The notes: generated by a model from the letters alone, not told the origin. Shown: positions 12,610-26,290, counted from the first letter of the whole stretch. The stretch: 62,898 nucleotides of DNA, filler included, from Octopus bimaculoides (GCF_001194135.2; 4 parts of 3 records of this genome joined end to end with filler, not necessarily neighbours in it), one strand, 5' to 3'. Made by a program: numbers and translations.

Positions 12610-12925
12610 GCAAATGGTACATAAATGCAGTGTAATTCAATAACTTTTCCTCAACAGATCCTGTTCTATTTACCATTATCCTGAGACAAATCAAAGAACA
12701 AACAGATCCTGTCATCTCCAAACAATATCTGGACAAATTTAATCAAAGGAAACTCGACAAGACACCTATACCCAGATGCATTTCAATCAACAACTCCCTA
12801 CTTGAATGGAAGATGATACAACAAAACTTGACTTTAAAATGTCTTGGCAGATTCTGTCAGGTAGTACTATTATGTTAGACATGGCCTGAGCCATGTTTTG
12901 CCGAAACATATCTAAGTTTATATAT
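12610..12925 (+). mobile_element. CR1-like LINE 3' end
   Basis: KEQTDPVISKQYLDKF...PIP...NNSLLEW-like peptide, plus a 3' tail GGCCTGAGCCATGTTTTGCCGAAACATATCTAAGTT shared with 41480-41730. Confidence 0.65.
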
Positions 12926-13013
12926 ATATATATATATATATATTTCGTTTTTGGATTCCTAGATATAACAATTCACACACACATATATATATACATAAGT
13001 ATATGTATATTTA

Positions 13014-13051
<38 letters not shown>

Positions 13052-13057
13052 TATATC

Positions 13058-13335
13058 ATAATCGTTTAACGTCCATGTTCTATGCTAGCATGGTACCACA
13101 AAAACTGGCCAGGCCAAAGCCTGCACCAAACTTCTGTGACTATTTTGCCAGGATTTTTACAGCAGGATGCCCTTCTGAATACCAACCACTCAGCTTTTTA
13201 CATGGCACAAGCACAGGCAAGGTCAGTTTTGGCAAGGTTTTTACAGCTGGATGTTCTTCTGAACACCAACCACTTTACAGTGTGGACTGGGTGCTTTTAA
13301 GTAGCACCTGCACTGACAGGGTCACCAAGTACTTG
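13058..13335 (-). mobile_element. Second copy of the RTE-tail SINE-like family
   Basis: Reverse complement contains GTGGTTGGT..TCAGAAG..CATCC.GCTGTAAAA twice and ends GCATAGAACATGGACGTTAAACGATTATGA. Confidence 0.6.
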
Positions 13336-14364
13336 CAAGACAAAAACTTTTAAGAGAGATGGAGGGATTGGAGAAGGTGATGATGAAAAGGTTATAGTGA
13401 GACAGATACAGGTGTCTTGTTGTAGAGGAAGTAAAGGTTATATATATNNNNNNNNNNNNNNNNNNNNNNNNNNNNNNNNNNNNNNNNNNNNNNNNNNNNN
13501 NNNNNNNNNNNNNNNNNNNNNNNNNNNNNNNNNNNNNNNNNNNNNNNNNNNNNNNNNNNNNNNNNNNNNNNNNNNNNNNNNNNNNNNNNNNNNNNNNNNN
13601 NNNNNNNNNNNNNNNNNNNNNNNNNNNNNNNNNNNNNNNNNNNNNNNNNNNNNNNNNNNNNNNNNNNNNNNNNNNNNNNNNNNNNNNNNNNNNNNNNNNN
13701 NNNNNNNNNNNNNNNNNNNNNNNNNNNNNNNNNNNNNNNNNNNNNNNNNNNNNNNNNNNNNNNNNNNNNNNNNNNNNNNNNNNNNNNNNNNNNNNNNNNN
13801 NNNNNNNNNNNNNNNNNNNNNNNNNNNNNNNNNNNNNNNNNNNNNNNNNNNNNNNNNNNNNNNNNNNNNNNNNNNNNNNNNNNNNNNNNNNNNNNNNNNN
13901 NNNNNNNNNNNNNNNNNNNNNNNNNNNNNNNNNNNNNNNNNNNNNNNNNNNNNNNNNNNNNNNNNNNNNNNNNNNNNNNNNNNNNNNNNNNNNNNNNNNN
14001 NNNNNNNNNNNNNNNNNNNNNNNNNNNNNNNNNNNNNNNNNNNNNNNNNNNNNNNNNNNNNNNNNNNNNNNNNNNNNNNNNNNNNNNNNNNNNNNNNNNN
14101 NNNNNNNNNNNNNNNNNNNNNNNNNNNNNNNNNNNNNNNNNNNNNNNNNNNNNNNNNNNNNNNNNNNNNNNNNNNATAATATATATATATAATATATATA
14201 TATACATATATATGCCACATATTTTTTCAATACATATATAGCTATATGTAAAAGATGGTTGTGTGCATTTTCACAATTACGTAAATGCAATTAATATATT
14301 CATAAACCATTGGTATAGTTCCTCATGCACATTTCTCATGTGCTTCCTGAAATATTTATACATT

Positions 14365-14865
14365 TACCTGTTAACACTAGTCTCAGTTGTTTTATACTGT
14401 CATCTATTACTTTTCCTCTTGTGTATTTATACTTTTACTTGTTACCATTGGTTCCACATGTTTAAACTGTAATTTATAACCACTGCTCTCATATTTATAC
14501 TGTTCCCTCTCGTTTCATGCATTTTACTGGTATCTGTTACTATTGGTTTCATGTGTTTATACTGTCAACTGTTACCACTAGTTTCATGCTTTTTACTGAT
14601 CTCTGTTCCCACTGGTTTCATATACTTATATATCTGTCATTGACTACCCAGTCTCATGTTTATATTGCCATCTGTAACCACAAACTACATTCGTTTAATC
14701 TTTCATCTGTTCCCACTGGTCTCTAGGGATTATACTGTCTTTTGCTACAACTGGTTTTATGTTTTTATTATTTTACCTGTTAACACTTCTCTTGTGTGTT
14801 ATTACGTCTATCATCTGTTTTCACTCTCTCACATGTTTATGCAGGCATCAGTCCCCACTGGTTTC
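14365..14865. repeat. Degenerate ~33-35-bp minisatellite
   Basis: Recurring unit approximating TTTATACTGTCATCTGTTACCACTGGTTTCATG; roughly 14-15 diverged copies. Confidence 0.7.
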
Positions 14866-15766
14866 ACCAAAAAGGTCAATAGAGCTGAGCTTCCACCAAT
14901 GATTAATGTTCAGTTTGAAATTTAGACCAAGAACTAAATAGTAGTAATGTCATTTTTTTTTTTGTATAATGTGCCCCCAAGTTAACAACCTTTTCCAACT
15001 ACCATTTTTCTGAATGTCCTGAAGAAGTGTTCTTCACCTCAAAATATAGAAATACAAGGTAAAACTGCAACTTTGTTCTATTTTCTTTTCCTCTTGTAAT
15101 TTACTTTTTACCTTCTCACATTGTTTCAGCTTTAGACAACTACATTCTTTAAAACATAATTTATGCTTGAAGTAGTAAAGAAAAAAAAAGCTGTCCATTT
15201 AGTTTCCATTTTAGTTTTGTTGCTGAATCAGGCAAGTTTTCTGCAAAGTTAACATCTTTATAACCTTCATAATTCTTAGTGAAATAGTGATGAATAAATT
15301 ACTCAGTAAATGTACAAGATTGTAGAATGGTTGTGGTAGAAAATTAAAATTGTTTAGATATTAATTAATTCAGAGACACTATCCAGAAAATAAAAAGGAA
15401 ATGCAATATTTAAATTAGTGTTAACATATTTAATGCAAGGAATAATAAAAAAAGAAAGGTTAACTGGAAATATATGGTGAGAGGGAAAGAGAAAATATAA
15501 ACTATATTAGTGACTAAACATGGCTGCAACAGCTAGAAAAGAGGAGAAAAGCAATATTAGTCTTTGACTAATATTTTGTTTTTATTACCGTTTCACTTTT
15601 TTATTACCCTGGGAATTAAATATGTTGACACTAATTCAACATTTTTATTTGAGTGTTTCATGAACTTAAAACGTTTGAGAATCAGTATATTTATGAAGAG
15701 GTTTTGGAAAGGAAATCATTGGGCAATCTATGCATTGTACAAATGTTTTACTTGAGAGAGAGAGAG

Positions 15767-15886
<120 letters not shown>

Positions 15887-16520
15887 GAAAAGATTACAAA
15901 TGAAAGTGTGATTGTGCTCAATAAGAAAATTATCTGAAATAACTAGTGGCATTAATGCTAAGGAGAGAGAGATATAAACAGGAGACCCCATCTTGAAGAG
16001 AATTTTGACAGCAGTAAAAGAGTTTCTCTTGTGAAAAGCAAAGCTTCTCATTGCAATCAGGTGAATGAAAAAGACTCAACATCAGGCATTGGCAACAATT
16101 TTCAAGTAGTGGACCACATGAGACATCGCTCAATCTCAGGTAGGTCACAATAATAAAAAAAATAGAATTCAAGGTAATTTTTCATTAGGCGTGCCATTCA
16201 GAATGTCCCACGGGCTGCAGGCTGCTCATGATTCCTCTACATGGTCGTTGGACATGCTAGAAACAGCAGACTTCAAGTTTCCTACTATGCTCTTCAAAAA
16301 ATATGGGAGGACATGTTAGGTGATGTTTCCCTTGGCACTGTTTTAGTAAAAACCTTTGTTCCTAGGCGGTGATGGAGGGTCACCTTTGATAATAGACTGG
16401 GCTGTATTTCATCATAGGCCGGAATATCTTTAACCATAGAGTGGATCATTCTTGACCCTAGTCTTTGATAATAGGCTAGAACATCTTTAACTATGGTCTG
16501 GGTCAATTTTAACTATTGAG

Positions 16521-17795
16521 TTGTGAAATTTGTGCTGTGAATTTTGTGATGTGAAGTTTGTGATGCAGAGCTTGTGTTATGAAGTTTGTATTGTGAAATT
16601 TGTGCTGTGGAATTTGTGATGTGAAGTTTGTGATGCAGAGCTTGTGTTATGAAGTTTGTATTGTGAAATTTGTGCTGTGGAATTTGTGATGTGAAGTTTG
16701 TGATGCAGAGNNNNNNNNNNNNNNNNNNNNNNNNNNNNNNNNNNNNNNNNNNNNNNNNNNNNNNNNNNNNNNNNNNNNNNNNNNNNNNNNNNNNNNNNNN
16801 NNNNNNNNNNNNNNNNNNNNNNNNNNNNNNNNNNNNNNNNNNNNNNNNNNNNNNNNNNNNNNNNNNNNNNNNNNNNNNNNNNNNNNNNNNNNNNNNNNNN
16901 NNNNNNNNNNNNNNNNNNNNNNNNNNNNNNNNNNNNNNNNNNNNNNNNNNNNNNNNNNNNNNNNNNNNNNNNNNNNNNNNNNNNNNNNNNNNNNNNNNNN
17001 NNNNNNNNNNNNNNNNNNNNNNNNNNNNNNNNNNNNNNNNNNNNNNNNNNNNNNNNNNNNNNNNNNNNNNNNNNNNNNNNNNNNNNNNNNNNNNNNNNNN
17101 NNNNNNNNNNNNNNNNNNNNNNNNNNNNNNNNNNNNNNNNNNNNNNNNNNNNNNNNNNNNNNNNNNNNNNNNNNNNNNNNNNNNNNNNNNNNNNNNNNNN
17201 NNNNNNNNNNNNNNNNNNNNNNNNNNNNNNNNNNNNNNNNNNNNNNNNNNNNNNNNNNNNNNNNNNNNNNNNNNNNNNNNNNNNNNNNNNNNNNNNNNNN
17301 NNNNNNNNNNNNNNNNNNNNNNNNNNNNNNNNNNNNNNNNNNNNNNNNNNNNNNNNNNNNNNNNNNNNNNNNNNNNNNNNNNNNNNNNNNNNNNNNNNNN
17401 NNNNNNNNNNNNNNNNNNNNNNNNNNNNNNNNNNNNNNNNNNNNNNNNNNNNNNNTTTGTGATGTGAAGTTTGTGATGCAGAGCTTGTGTTATGAAGTTT
17501 GTATTGTGAAATTTGTGCTGTGGAATTTGTGATGTGAAGTTTGTGATGCAGAGCTTGTGTTATGAAGTTTGTGTTGGGAAATTTGTGCTGTGGAATTTGT
17601 GTTGTGAAGTTTGTGATGCAGAACTTGTGTTATGAAGTTTGTGTTGTGAATTTTGTGCTGTGGAATTTGTGTTGTGGAGTGTGTTGTAGAGTTAGTGTTG
17701 AGAGTTAGTGTTGAGAGTTTGTGCTGGTAGTTGGTGTTGTGAGGCTTGTGTTGGGAAGCTAGTGTGGTTGAATTTGAATTGCAGAGTTAGTGTTT
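16521..17795. repeat. Satellite with a 70-bp higher-order unit of five 14-bp monomers
   Basis: TTGTGAAATTTGTG/CTGTGGAATTTGTG/ATGTGAAGTTTGTG/ATGCAGAGCTTGTG/TTATGAAGTTTGTA with period 70 (e.g. 16561 vs 16631). Continues on both sides of a 745-N gap. Confidence 0.92.
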
Positions 17796-18309
17796 GAGAA
17801 AACGGTTTGTGCTGATAGTGACAGCAACAATCTAGCATCAGATGAAGTAAGCTGTTTCTGTTTAACCCCAGGTCATCTCTGACAACACAAACCTGTGTTC
17901 AATGACAATACCAACTGATGACCATTCAAGCACAGTATATCCAGGATTATATTATTCAATAAGACAGTGAAGTGTTGTTTTATGAGGCTGATTTGGTTAC
18001 TATTTCTAACAGGCCCAGTGAACACATAGAAGTTCTCTTGCTGCGGATGAAGTTCTTGGTGGTAGCAAGGATGATGATGACAATGATAGTGATGATGATG
18101 ATGATGATAATGTTGGTGGCGTTGGCGGCGGCAGCAGCGGTGGTGGTGGTGGTGGTGAAAAGGATGGTGATGAGGCAAAAGTAACAAAGTGATGACTGTG
18201 ATGTTGTTAGAATGCTGGTGGTGAAAACAATGGTGGTGATATGGGGATGGTTCTGTTTGAGTAGACCTTATGATCAAAGGATGCACAGACTGTGACTACA
18301 CCTTCTTTT

Positions 18310-18545
18310 CAGGAGTGGTTGTGTGGTTAGTAGCTTGCTTCCCAACCACATCATTCCGGGTTCAGTCACACTGCGTGGCACCTTGGGCAAGTGTCTTCTA
18401 CTATAGCCCTGGGTCGACCAAAGCCTTGTGAGTGGATTTGGTAGAGAAAAATGTCTTGGGGTCGCTTTGTTCAACTAAAACCCTTCAAGGGGGTACTCCA
18501 GCATGACCACAGTCAAATGAGTGAAGCAAGTTTAAAGATGAAAGA
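18310..18545 (+). mobile_element. SINE, internally deleted
   Basis: Head through CCAAAGCCTTGTGAGTGGATTTGGTAGA joined directly to tail GGGGTCG...CCAGCATGACCACAGTCAAATG. Confidence 0.85.
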
Positions 18546-19414
18546 CAGAAGATATGTCTGGGACTACATGACTACGTTCTCCATTATGTTCTTCTTTAGA
18601 TGGTAGAGTATGTGATCGGAAGGAATTTGCTTGCTGTTTCTAGCTGGTCAAGTAAATGACCAAATAGTGACATCTTTGCAATGGTGTTGATGGTGGTGGA
18701 AGTAATGACAGTGATTTGAAAAAGGAACATGCTGAAGAGTGTATGTTTGTGTGTTATGTGAATGGAGAGAGGGCAGGAGTCCGTGTGACAATGTGCATAT
18801 GTGCATGTGTGTGTGTGTGTGTATATACACACGCTCACACACACATGCATGTGTATGTGAATATGTGTCCACGTATGTACATAAATGTATATATGCATGC
18901 ATGGGTGTATATATATATGTGTGTGTGTGGTGTGTGTGTGTGGTGTGTGTGTGTGGTGTGTGTGTGTGGTGTGTGTGTGTGGTGTGTGTGTGTGTGTGTN
19001 NNNNNNNNNTGTGTGGTGTGTGTGTGTGGTGTGTGTGTGTGGTGTGTGTGTGTGTGTGTGTGTATTTGTGTGCAGTGTGCTCATAATATGTATGTGTGTG
19101 TTCGTGTGTGTGCACATGTATATAGGTATTTGTATATATGTATGTACACATGTATGTGTATGTATATTTGTGTGTATGTGTGTGCCTTGCATTATACATA
19201 TTGTTTGCTTTTTTCTTTTCCAATTTTCTTTTACTTTTTTGTAGTAGTATTAGTATTAGTAGTAGTAGTAGTAGTAGTGGTTGTCGTCGTCGTCGTCGTT
19301 GTTGTTGTTGTTGTTGTTGTTAGTATCCTTCTTTTCATTTTGGTTGATTATCTCAATCGGAAAGAGGTGTGGTGTGCAGGCGGTGTGGAAGAGGTAGGAT
19401 AGGCTGATGGATGT

Positions 19415-19514
19415 NNNNNNNNNNNNNNNNNNNNNNNNNNNNNNNNNNNNNNNNNNNNTTAATTAATTAANNNNNNNNNNNNNNNNNNNNNNNNNNNNNN
19501 NNNNNNNNNNNNNN
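19415..19514. other. Artificial 100-bp gap: 44 N + TTAATTAATTAA + 44 N
   Basis: Palindromic 12-mer with stops in all six frames, centred in the gap. Same layout at the other two linker gaps. Confidence 0.95.
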
Positions 19515-19879
19515 ATATATATATGCACACACACACACATATGCCTTTGGGATCAACTTTTTCTTTCGTCCTTTAGGCTCGCTACAAAGTGCCAGTTCAT
19601 GGCGGTGAATTAGTAGAACTATGTGAATATAGTATCAGATGTCTGGCAGTATTACCTTTGTATCTTTACGTTCTGGGCTCAAGATTTGCCTTGGCCTGTT
19701 TGGGTGATAGACTTAAGCTTTCAAGCAATTTAATCCAACCAGCCTGGTACGCTAGGTTCTTTGGCAAAGTCAACTCAGTTGCAATCATTTGAGCCTGATA
19801 TCCAGTTTGAAGGTTATTTTCTTCCTTCCTCCAATCTCAGAGGTCCTGGTAAGATTCATGGTCACTGCTTCCCTTCCTG

Positions 19880-20186
19880 GTACTCGTCGGCAAAGGACGA
19901 TTAGTGTTTTAGTTGGTGCGATCAACGGAACAGTTTACTCATGAAATTAACGTACAATTTACTAGCCACTTCACAGACACGCGTACCCTTCACGTAGTTC
20001 TCATTGAGATTCAGCGTGACACGTAATGGGACAAGGATGGTCCTTTTAAACAGAAGTACTGCTCATTTTTTCCAGCTGAGTGGATCAACGTGAAACAAGT
20101 ATCTTGCTCAATGACACAACACACCGCCACGTATCGAACTCACGACCTTACGATCGTCTGTCAAATAGCCCTAACAACTAAGCCAC
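19880..20186 (-). mobile_element. tRNA-head CORE-type SINE
   Basis: Reverse complement starts GTGGCTTAGTTGTTAGGGC...GAGTTCGATAC; body is shared with 30870-31135. Confidence 0.8.
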
Positions 20187-21088
20187 ACAATTTCAGGTAG
20201 GAATGACATAACATAAAACAACATGGCTTTCTATTTGTCATACTGAACATTTCATATTGTTGGCAGACAAGATATAACGGATTTTGTCCGAGATAATATC
20301 ACATATAGACACAGCATATCTATAGGGAATTATATTTTGGACGAAATCCTCAGTATCTCACTATATACGATGTCTATACGCTAGGTATGATACCTAAATG
20401 ACCATTTTAATTTAATACTTCATTTGTGTGCAAAAATTAAAACCCCATACATTGAAATACTCTGCAATAAAACATCTTTGCTTATATGTGTGTGTGCGTG
20501 TGTATGTATGCGCGCGCGCGCGCGTTTATTTAATCTTTCAAAAACAACAACAAAAGCAAAAGAGAAAACACCCACGAAACCTTATATATTAGCTTTCATC
20601 TCCCAATGGAGTTTTCTATTGCTATTTGGGTCTATACAACACAAATGTATTTTGATTTAAGTCTAAAATATTCCTGAACAGGTACTGTTTAGGAATATTT
20701 TAGACATCATTGCTTCACACACTATATATTCCGATGTCGTTCTCTCACTCGCTCATATATACCTGTATAAAGTCTAAAATAGAAAAAAAAAGAAGAACAA
20801 AAATGGAGCAGCCAGCGATTTTTCAGCCCAGTCATATTTCGTCCTCCCACCACAACTGGCAGTACTACTACCACCACTAACAACACCACCAACATCACCA
20901 CGATCATCATCATCATCATCACCGTTACTAATCCTCATTATGCAAAACAACTGTCTAATGACATACAGTTTGTGATTTCCAGCATACGGCACGAACATTC
21001 ACTTTTAAATAGATAAGGACCACCGACGAAGAGCGTAATTTTTCCCCCAATAAATATGTAAGGCAGATATGAGTGTATGTGCGTATGT

Positions 21089-21165
<77 letters not shown>

Positions 21166-21272
21166 NNNNNNNNNNTACAAAAACCTAACAGAAAATTCGT
21201 AGCTAATTCCTCATCAGTCAACGTCCAAAAGATCACTACAATTTCGTGTATACACACACACACACACACACG

Positions 21273-21326
<54 letters not shown>

Positions 21327-22065
21327 TATATATACATAAAAAATTCACTTTGGATATAAACCCCATAGTTTACTCAAAAAAGTTAGTCTACGGGTTTCGG
21401 CTAACCGATATTGTTTTACCGAGGGAACCAATTTTATTACCGATAATGTTACCGAAGATACATCTACAAATCCGCGGATATCTGTAGGAATTATATAATA
21501 GTGCAAACAAGAGAGAATGGATTGAGCAAATACTCTTTATTGCATCATACTACAATTGTTTCATCTCCGCTTTACGAGATGATTGTTGCCGAAATATCGT
21601 GCGATACATTAAATATATCATACAATTTATTGTATCGTTGTTACTTCAACAACATTGGTAAGTGTACATTCTTCAGGTATAGATATATAGAGAGTCTGTT
21701 AAACCATACTATATTCCGCAAAATATATATCCCACTTTTATTCTATATGTAACCATTGCATTAGCATATCGCAGTTAAAATTTAAAAAAAAAATGCAATT
21801 CCATTGTAAATGATAGATTCTGCTCCATCGGTCAAGAAAAAAATTGAATGAATAAAACAATAATAAAAGGGGGAAAAATCAAATAGCTATATAAACATAT
21901 AAATAAACAGATAAAACATCATTTAACATATATTGGTATCTGCAAAGTTCCTATTATTTTATTCTTTTTATTCTTTTAATGGTTTCTGTTGTAGGACTGC
22001 GGCTATGATGGAGCACTGCCTTAATTTATTTTCTTCCAGTTTTGTTGTCGTTTCATGGCTAGAAG

Positions 22066-22460
22066 TTAGTCCATGGTTAAGTTTGTTGCAGCTGATCCTC
22101 CCCGAGTGTATCTTTCAATGGTTAGCTGGTCAGGTGTCATCGTTAAGAGTTTATCTAATGTTGTTCTGAATTTTTCAACAGAGGGCCATTTTGTATTTCT
22201 TATTTCTTTAGGTATGCAGTTGAACAACTGAGGACCTCTAAATATCAGAGTGGTACGATAGAGTGTTTTTGCTCTCGATTTCGATGATGGTATATTTGGA
22301 AGCTGACAATATCTACAAGCTCGTGCATTAACGTCCTCTCTACTGTTAAAGTTTGGAGCATGCTCCTCCGGGATTTTCCATAAGTATATCATAGTATATC
22401 TTTCTCTTCCCAGGTCTGATATGTGCTTCTTAAACGGCCTTATTTTGACGACAGAACCGC
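22066..22460 (-). mobile_element. CR1-like LINE ORF2 C-terminal fragment
   Basis: RERYTMIYLWKI...PNF...GPQLFNCIPKEIRN...FRTTLDKLLTMTPDQ. Confidence 0.8.
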
Positions 22461-22589
22461 TGTTGCTATGCAACATGCGATCCGCAGGGAAGGACATAAC
22501 ATACAGATGATGCACACCAGTCCATCCCCAGGGAAATTTCAGTCTAGAAATTATACCACAGGTAGCATCGTGGGTAAACATTATCTAAT

Positions 22590-22990
22590 TTCCCCAAGAA
22601 TTACTATAAAATGTACTCGAAGGCCTATGTAGAATACGAGGTAGTCCGCAGTAAATGTGGAACATCCTACATAGGGAGCACCACCAAAAAACTGCACGTT
22701 CACACAGACACTTCGATCAAAATACCTATAGAAGTGCGAAACCCAGGACTTCATGCTATCCACCAGGGCCACTAAACGCAATAGAGGCAAACTCAAAATC
22801 ATAGAGGCCCATCTTATCAAGAAACTGAGACCAGCTGTAAGCAATAAAAAAGAGCTACATGAAACAGGTTGGTTACTAAAGAAACACTGTCATTCCCCAC
22901 ACATCTGAGCAACGACCATTTTCTTTTACATTTCTCGCTTGTTCACATATACTGAAAAAGGGGTCACCATCCCAAATTATAGAAATATAA
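22590..22990 (+). mobile_element. Penelope-like element: GIY-YIG endonuclease fragment and 3' region
   Basis: VEYEVVRSKCGTSYIGSTTK and KLKIIEAHLIKKLRPAVSNKKE; degenerate HHR-like motif near 22945-22985. Confidence 0.7.
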
Positions 22991-23326
22991 AGTAAAGCAC
23001 AAACTTGGTTTTGTTTTCTTTTAGTAGTTTACTTTTCATCTTGCATTGTTCTGGCCTTACCCAACAAGTTTCTTTAATGTAATGTCACAACACTTCGCCC
23101 AAACTATTGCATTTTACTGAGAGTATGTATATGTTGAAAACCTTCTAAACATAGACGTATAGTGTTAAAAACGCATAAAGATATCAGCAGCAGGCGAAGG
23201 TCACCCAGCATAGGTGATGAAATTGCTGGATCAGGACTTCTGTTTGTTAGGCACACCAGCAGTAAATATCCACGTCACCTTATGTCAAGCAAATGCCAGC
23301 AACAAGTTGTAGATAAACAACGATTA

Positions 23327-23426
23327 AAAGGTCACTGATGCTGCGTTTAGCCGGCAGGCTGAACAAGAATTTGTCGCTAATAATTTTTGTTCAGCCTGCC
23401 AGCTAAATGCAACATCAGTGACCTTT
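23327..23426. repeat. 100-bp near-perfect hairpin (45-bp arms, 10-nt loop)
   Basis: Arms differ at 4 of 45 positions, all transitions. Confidence 0.9.
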
Positions 23427-23572
23427 CAGTCAGTTCCCAGCATGATTCGAAAGATCAAACAGTTCTTGGCTGATTGTGTTGTGACTCGTATTTCTTTGTG
23501 TTCATCTGTAGACTCGGTACGAATTTAGTAACAATACATGATGCAACTTCAATATTTTTAAAGTAATTTTTA

Positions 23573-23775
23573 GGCGGTGAATTGGCAGAATCGTAAGTAC
23601 GCCGGGTAAAATGCTTAGCGTCCTTACGTGCAGAGTTCGAATTCCACCGAAATCGACTTTGCTTTTTATCCTTTCAGGGTCGATAAATTAAGTACCAGTC
23701 GAGCAGCGGTATCTAATTTATCGACTTAATCCCCAACCCCGAAATTACTGCCTTTGTGCCAAAATTTGAGACCAA
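23573..23775 (+). mobile_element. tRNA-head SINE with a conserved central domain (Meta/Nin-type; not assignable without alignment)
   Basis: GAGTTCGAATTCC B-box, then TTTTATCCTTTCAGGGTCGATAAATTAAGTACCAG. Relatives near 33490-33600(-), 38860-39010(+), 45565-45690(-), 52790-52963(+), 54970-55085(-). Confidence 0.8.
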
Positions 23776-24221
23776 TATTTTAAAATAATTTAACACTAAC
23801 ATTCATGCCTACATCTTTGGGAGACTTCAGGAATAATGGGCTGATAATTTTCCCGGATCACCGCTTACTCTTTCACAAAGTGATTGCCGTTCGTGAAAAA
23901 CCGGCAAGATTTGAGATCAACTTTGATAGATGTCCTTCCTAATTTGAATCGCTGCTACAAAATGCGCGACGTTTGGCACAGTTCAAGCACTCCCATTACC
24001 ATAGACAACTTTAAAAAAAGCTTCCATAAAAAATTTCTTGATTCCAAACAAACACATTGCTCTCCTACAGCCTTCATTGTTCAACTAACAACTAATCGTC
24101 AAGTCTTATAGCTGGACATAAATTCTCTCTCACACATTTAGATCAATAATTAATTCAAGTCATTTACTGTGGGTGTTATAAGACTCAACGTCAAGGTTAC
24201 ACATGCACAAATCTATCTTCC

Positions 24222-24272
<51 letters not shown>

Positions 24273-24586
24273 CCACACAGATATATATATATATAAACCA
24301 GTATACAAAATACAATATAGACACTAAAAAAGTGAAGGAATAACTCTCTCTAATTGTATGTATTTGTGTGTGTGTGTGTGTGTGTGNNNNNNNNNNNNNN
24401 NNNNNNNNNNNNNNNNNNNNNNNNNNNNNNNNNNNNNNNNNNNNNNNNNNNNNNNNNNNNNNNNNNNNNNNNNNNNNNNNNNNNNNNNNNNNNNNNNNNN
24501 NNNNNNNNNNNNNNNNNNNNNNNNNNNNNNNNNNNNNNNNNNNNNNNNNNNNNNNNNNNNNNNNNNNNNNNNNNNNNNNNNNNNNN

Positions 24587-24621
<35 letters not shown>

Positions 24622-25468
24622 ACATGTTTGCATGCTCGTAGGTTCACACGTTCAAATGCTATTCCAAAATTCAGTGGTTGCTACGATATAGAAAATGGGA
24701 GCTTAAAAATAACGCCTAAATGTAAAAAACATATATTTATACTAAGAAGACAAAAAAAAAAACAAAAAGAAAAACAAAACAAAAACAAAACAAGCACAAA
24801 AATCAAACAAACAACTATTCGTTTCATTTCCCACAAGGGCAATGAATTAAGGGGACAACACAAGGACATAAAGATAATTGTAATAAAACAAGACAACGAA
24901 ATGAGAATATATAAACGTAAAAACACACAACACTAAGTGTGTGTTAGATTGGCAGATAACATTGTTTAGTGAATGGCCTTCTTAGTTACATAAGAGAATT
25001 TGTACAATGACTCAAGTACACAGACACATACACGCATACTACACATGCACAAACGTACACACGCATGCACGCGTAACGAGACAGCACAAAGGAAATGCAA
25101 ACACAGACGAACAAATCCATGCATACACACTCATACACGTCTTCTGTTACTTAAACGTCATGTAGTGTAAGTCACGTGAATGTGAAGAGCCAATGAAATA
25201 CTCGGTTTTGTGCAATTCTCTGCACAATGGTACAATGATCACCGGGAGTGTTACATTATGCAGACGATATAATTATATGTGTGTGCGTGTGTGTGTGTGC
25301 TTGTGTGCGCATGTGTGTGTGTGTGCGTGCGCATGTTTGTATGTATGTATGTATGTACCTGTGTATCTATGCATGCCTGTATATATGTATGTGTGCATGA
25401 ATATTTAGATATATGTATGTATACATGTACATATGTATGTCTATGCATAATTATACGCCTTTGTATGA

Positions 25469-25528
<60 letters not shown>

Positions 25529-25914
25529 ACTCACACAGTTGTGTATATGCATGTAAATATCCACACACCTGCACCTATATGTATATTTATGAGTGTGTCT
25601 ATGCATGTGTAGAGGGTGCATGTATATATAAGCATTCAATATGCATATATATACGCGTATATGTATATGTATAGTGTGTGTGTAGGTATATGTATGCATA
25701 TGTGCGTATAAGCGCTTATGTACATACATATGCATACATACATATGAGTGTGTATGTATGTATGTTTGTATATATGTATGAACGTATGAATAAAGATGGA
25801 GGGAGATGAGAAAAAGACGACAAGGTAAAGAAACAGAAACTTTATTATCGGAGTTAGCAAATCAATTAAAATGATGATTCAATACTTCACTGGTGAAAGA
25901 GACATTTGTTTATT

Positions 25915-26290
25915 CTTTATTACCTCCGCCTTAGCAAAGGCGGAGGCATTGTTCTCAGTCGTGTTTGTTTGATTATCCGTGGGCAAGATATTTCAAGAAC
26001 CGCTGGATGGATTCGGATGAAACTTTCAGGGATGTTTGACCTCATGACTGACATGAACTGATTAGATTTTGGGATCGATCCAGCAAAAGGGGGGGGGGAT
26101 AGAGTCTAGATTATTTTTCCGGTTTTTTAACTTAATTTTTGAGGGCAGTCGGGTTCATTTTTAGTATTCTCGCTTGTGAGAGCAGTCGAGTTTATTTCAG
26201 ATATTCTCATTTTAAAAATCATCTCCGGCTAATCGTTGAGAGGATGTCGGTGTGCGCTTGAGTTAGCCATTCGTGACCACGGTTTGAATA
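25915..26290 (+). mobile_element. Helentron-like non-autonomous element (HINE)
   Basis: TTATTACCTCCGCC-ttagcaaa-GGCGGAGG hairpin, then GTTTGTTTG...GGATGGATTCGGATGAAACTTTCAGG...GATTAGATTTTGGGATCGATCC, a pattern typical of Helentron-associated repeats. 3' end not evident. Confidence 0.6.

Noticed and set aside
15975-16139. Plus-strand open stretch ending TCAG|GTAGGT
   Set aside because: In-frame TAA upstream, no pyrimidine-rich acceptor, and opposite strand to the supported exons.
16521-17795. CRISPR-like reading of the tandem arrays (also 5359-5526)
   Set aside because: No unique spacers, eukaryotic context, no cas genes.
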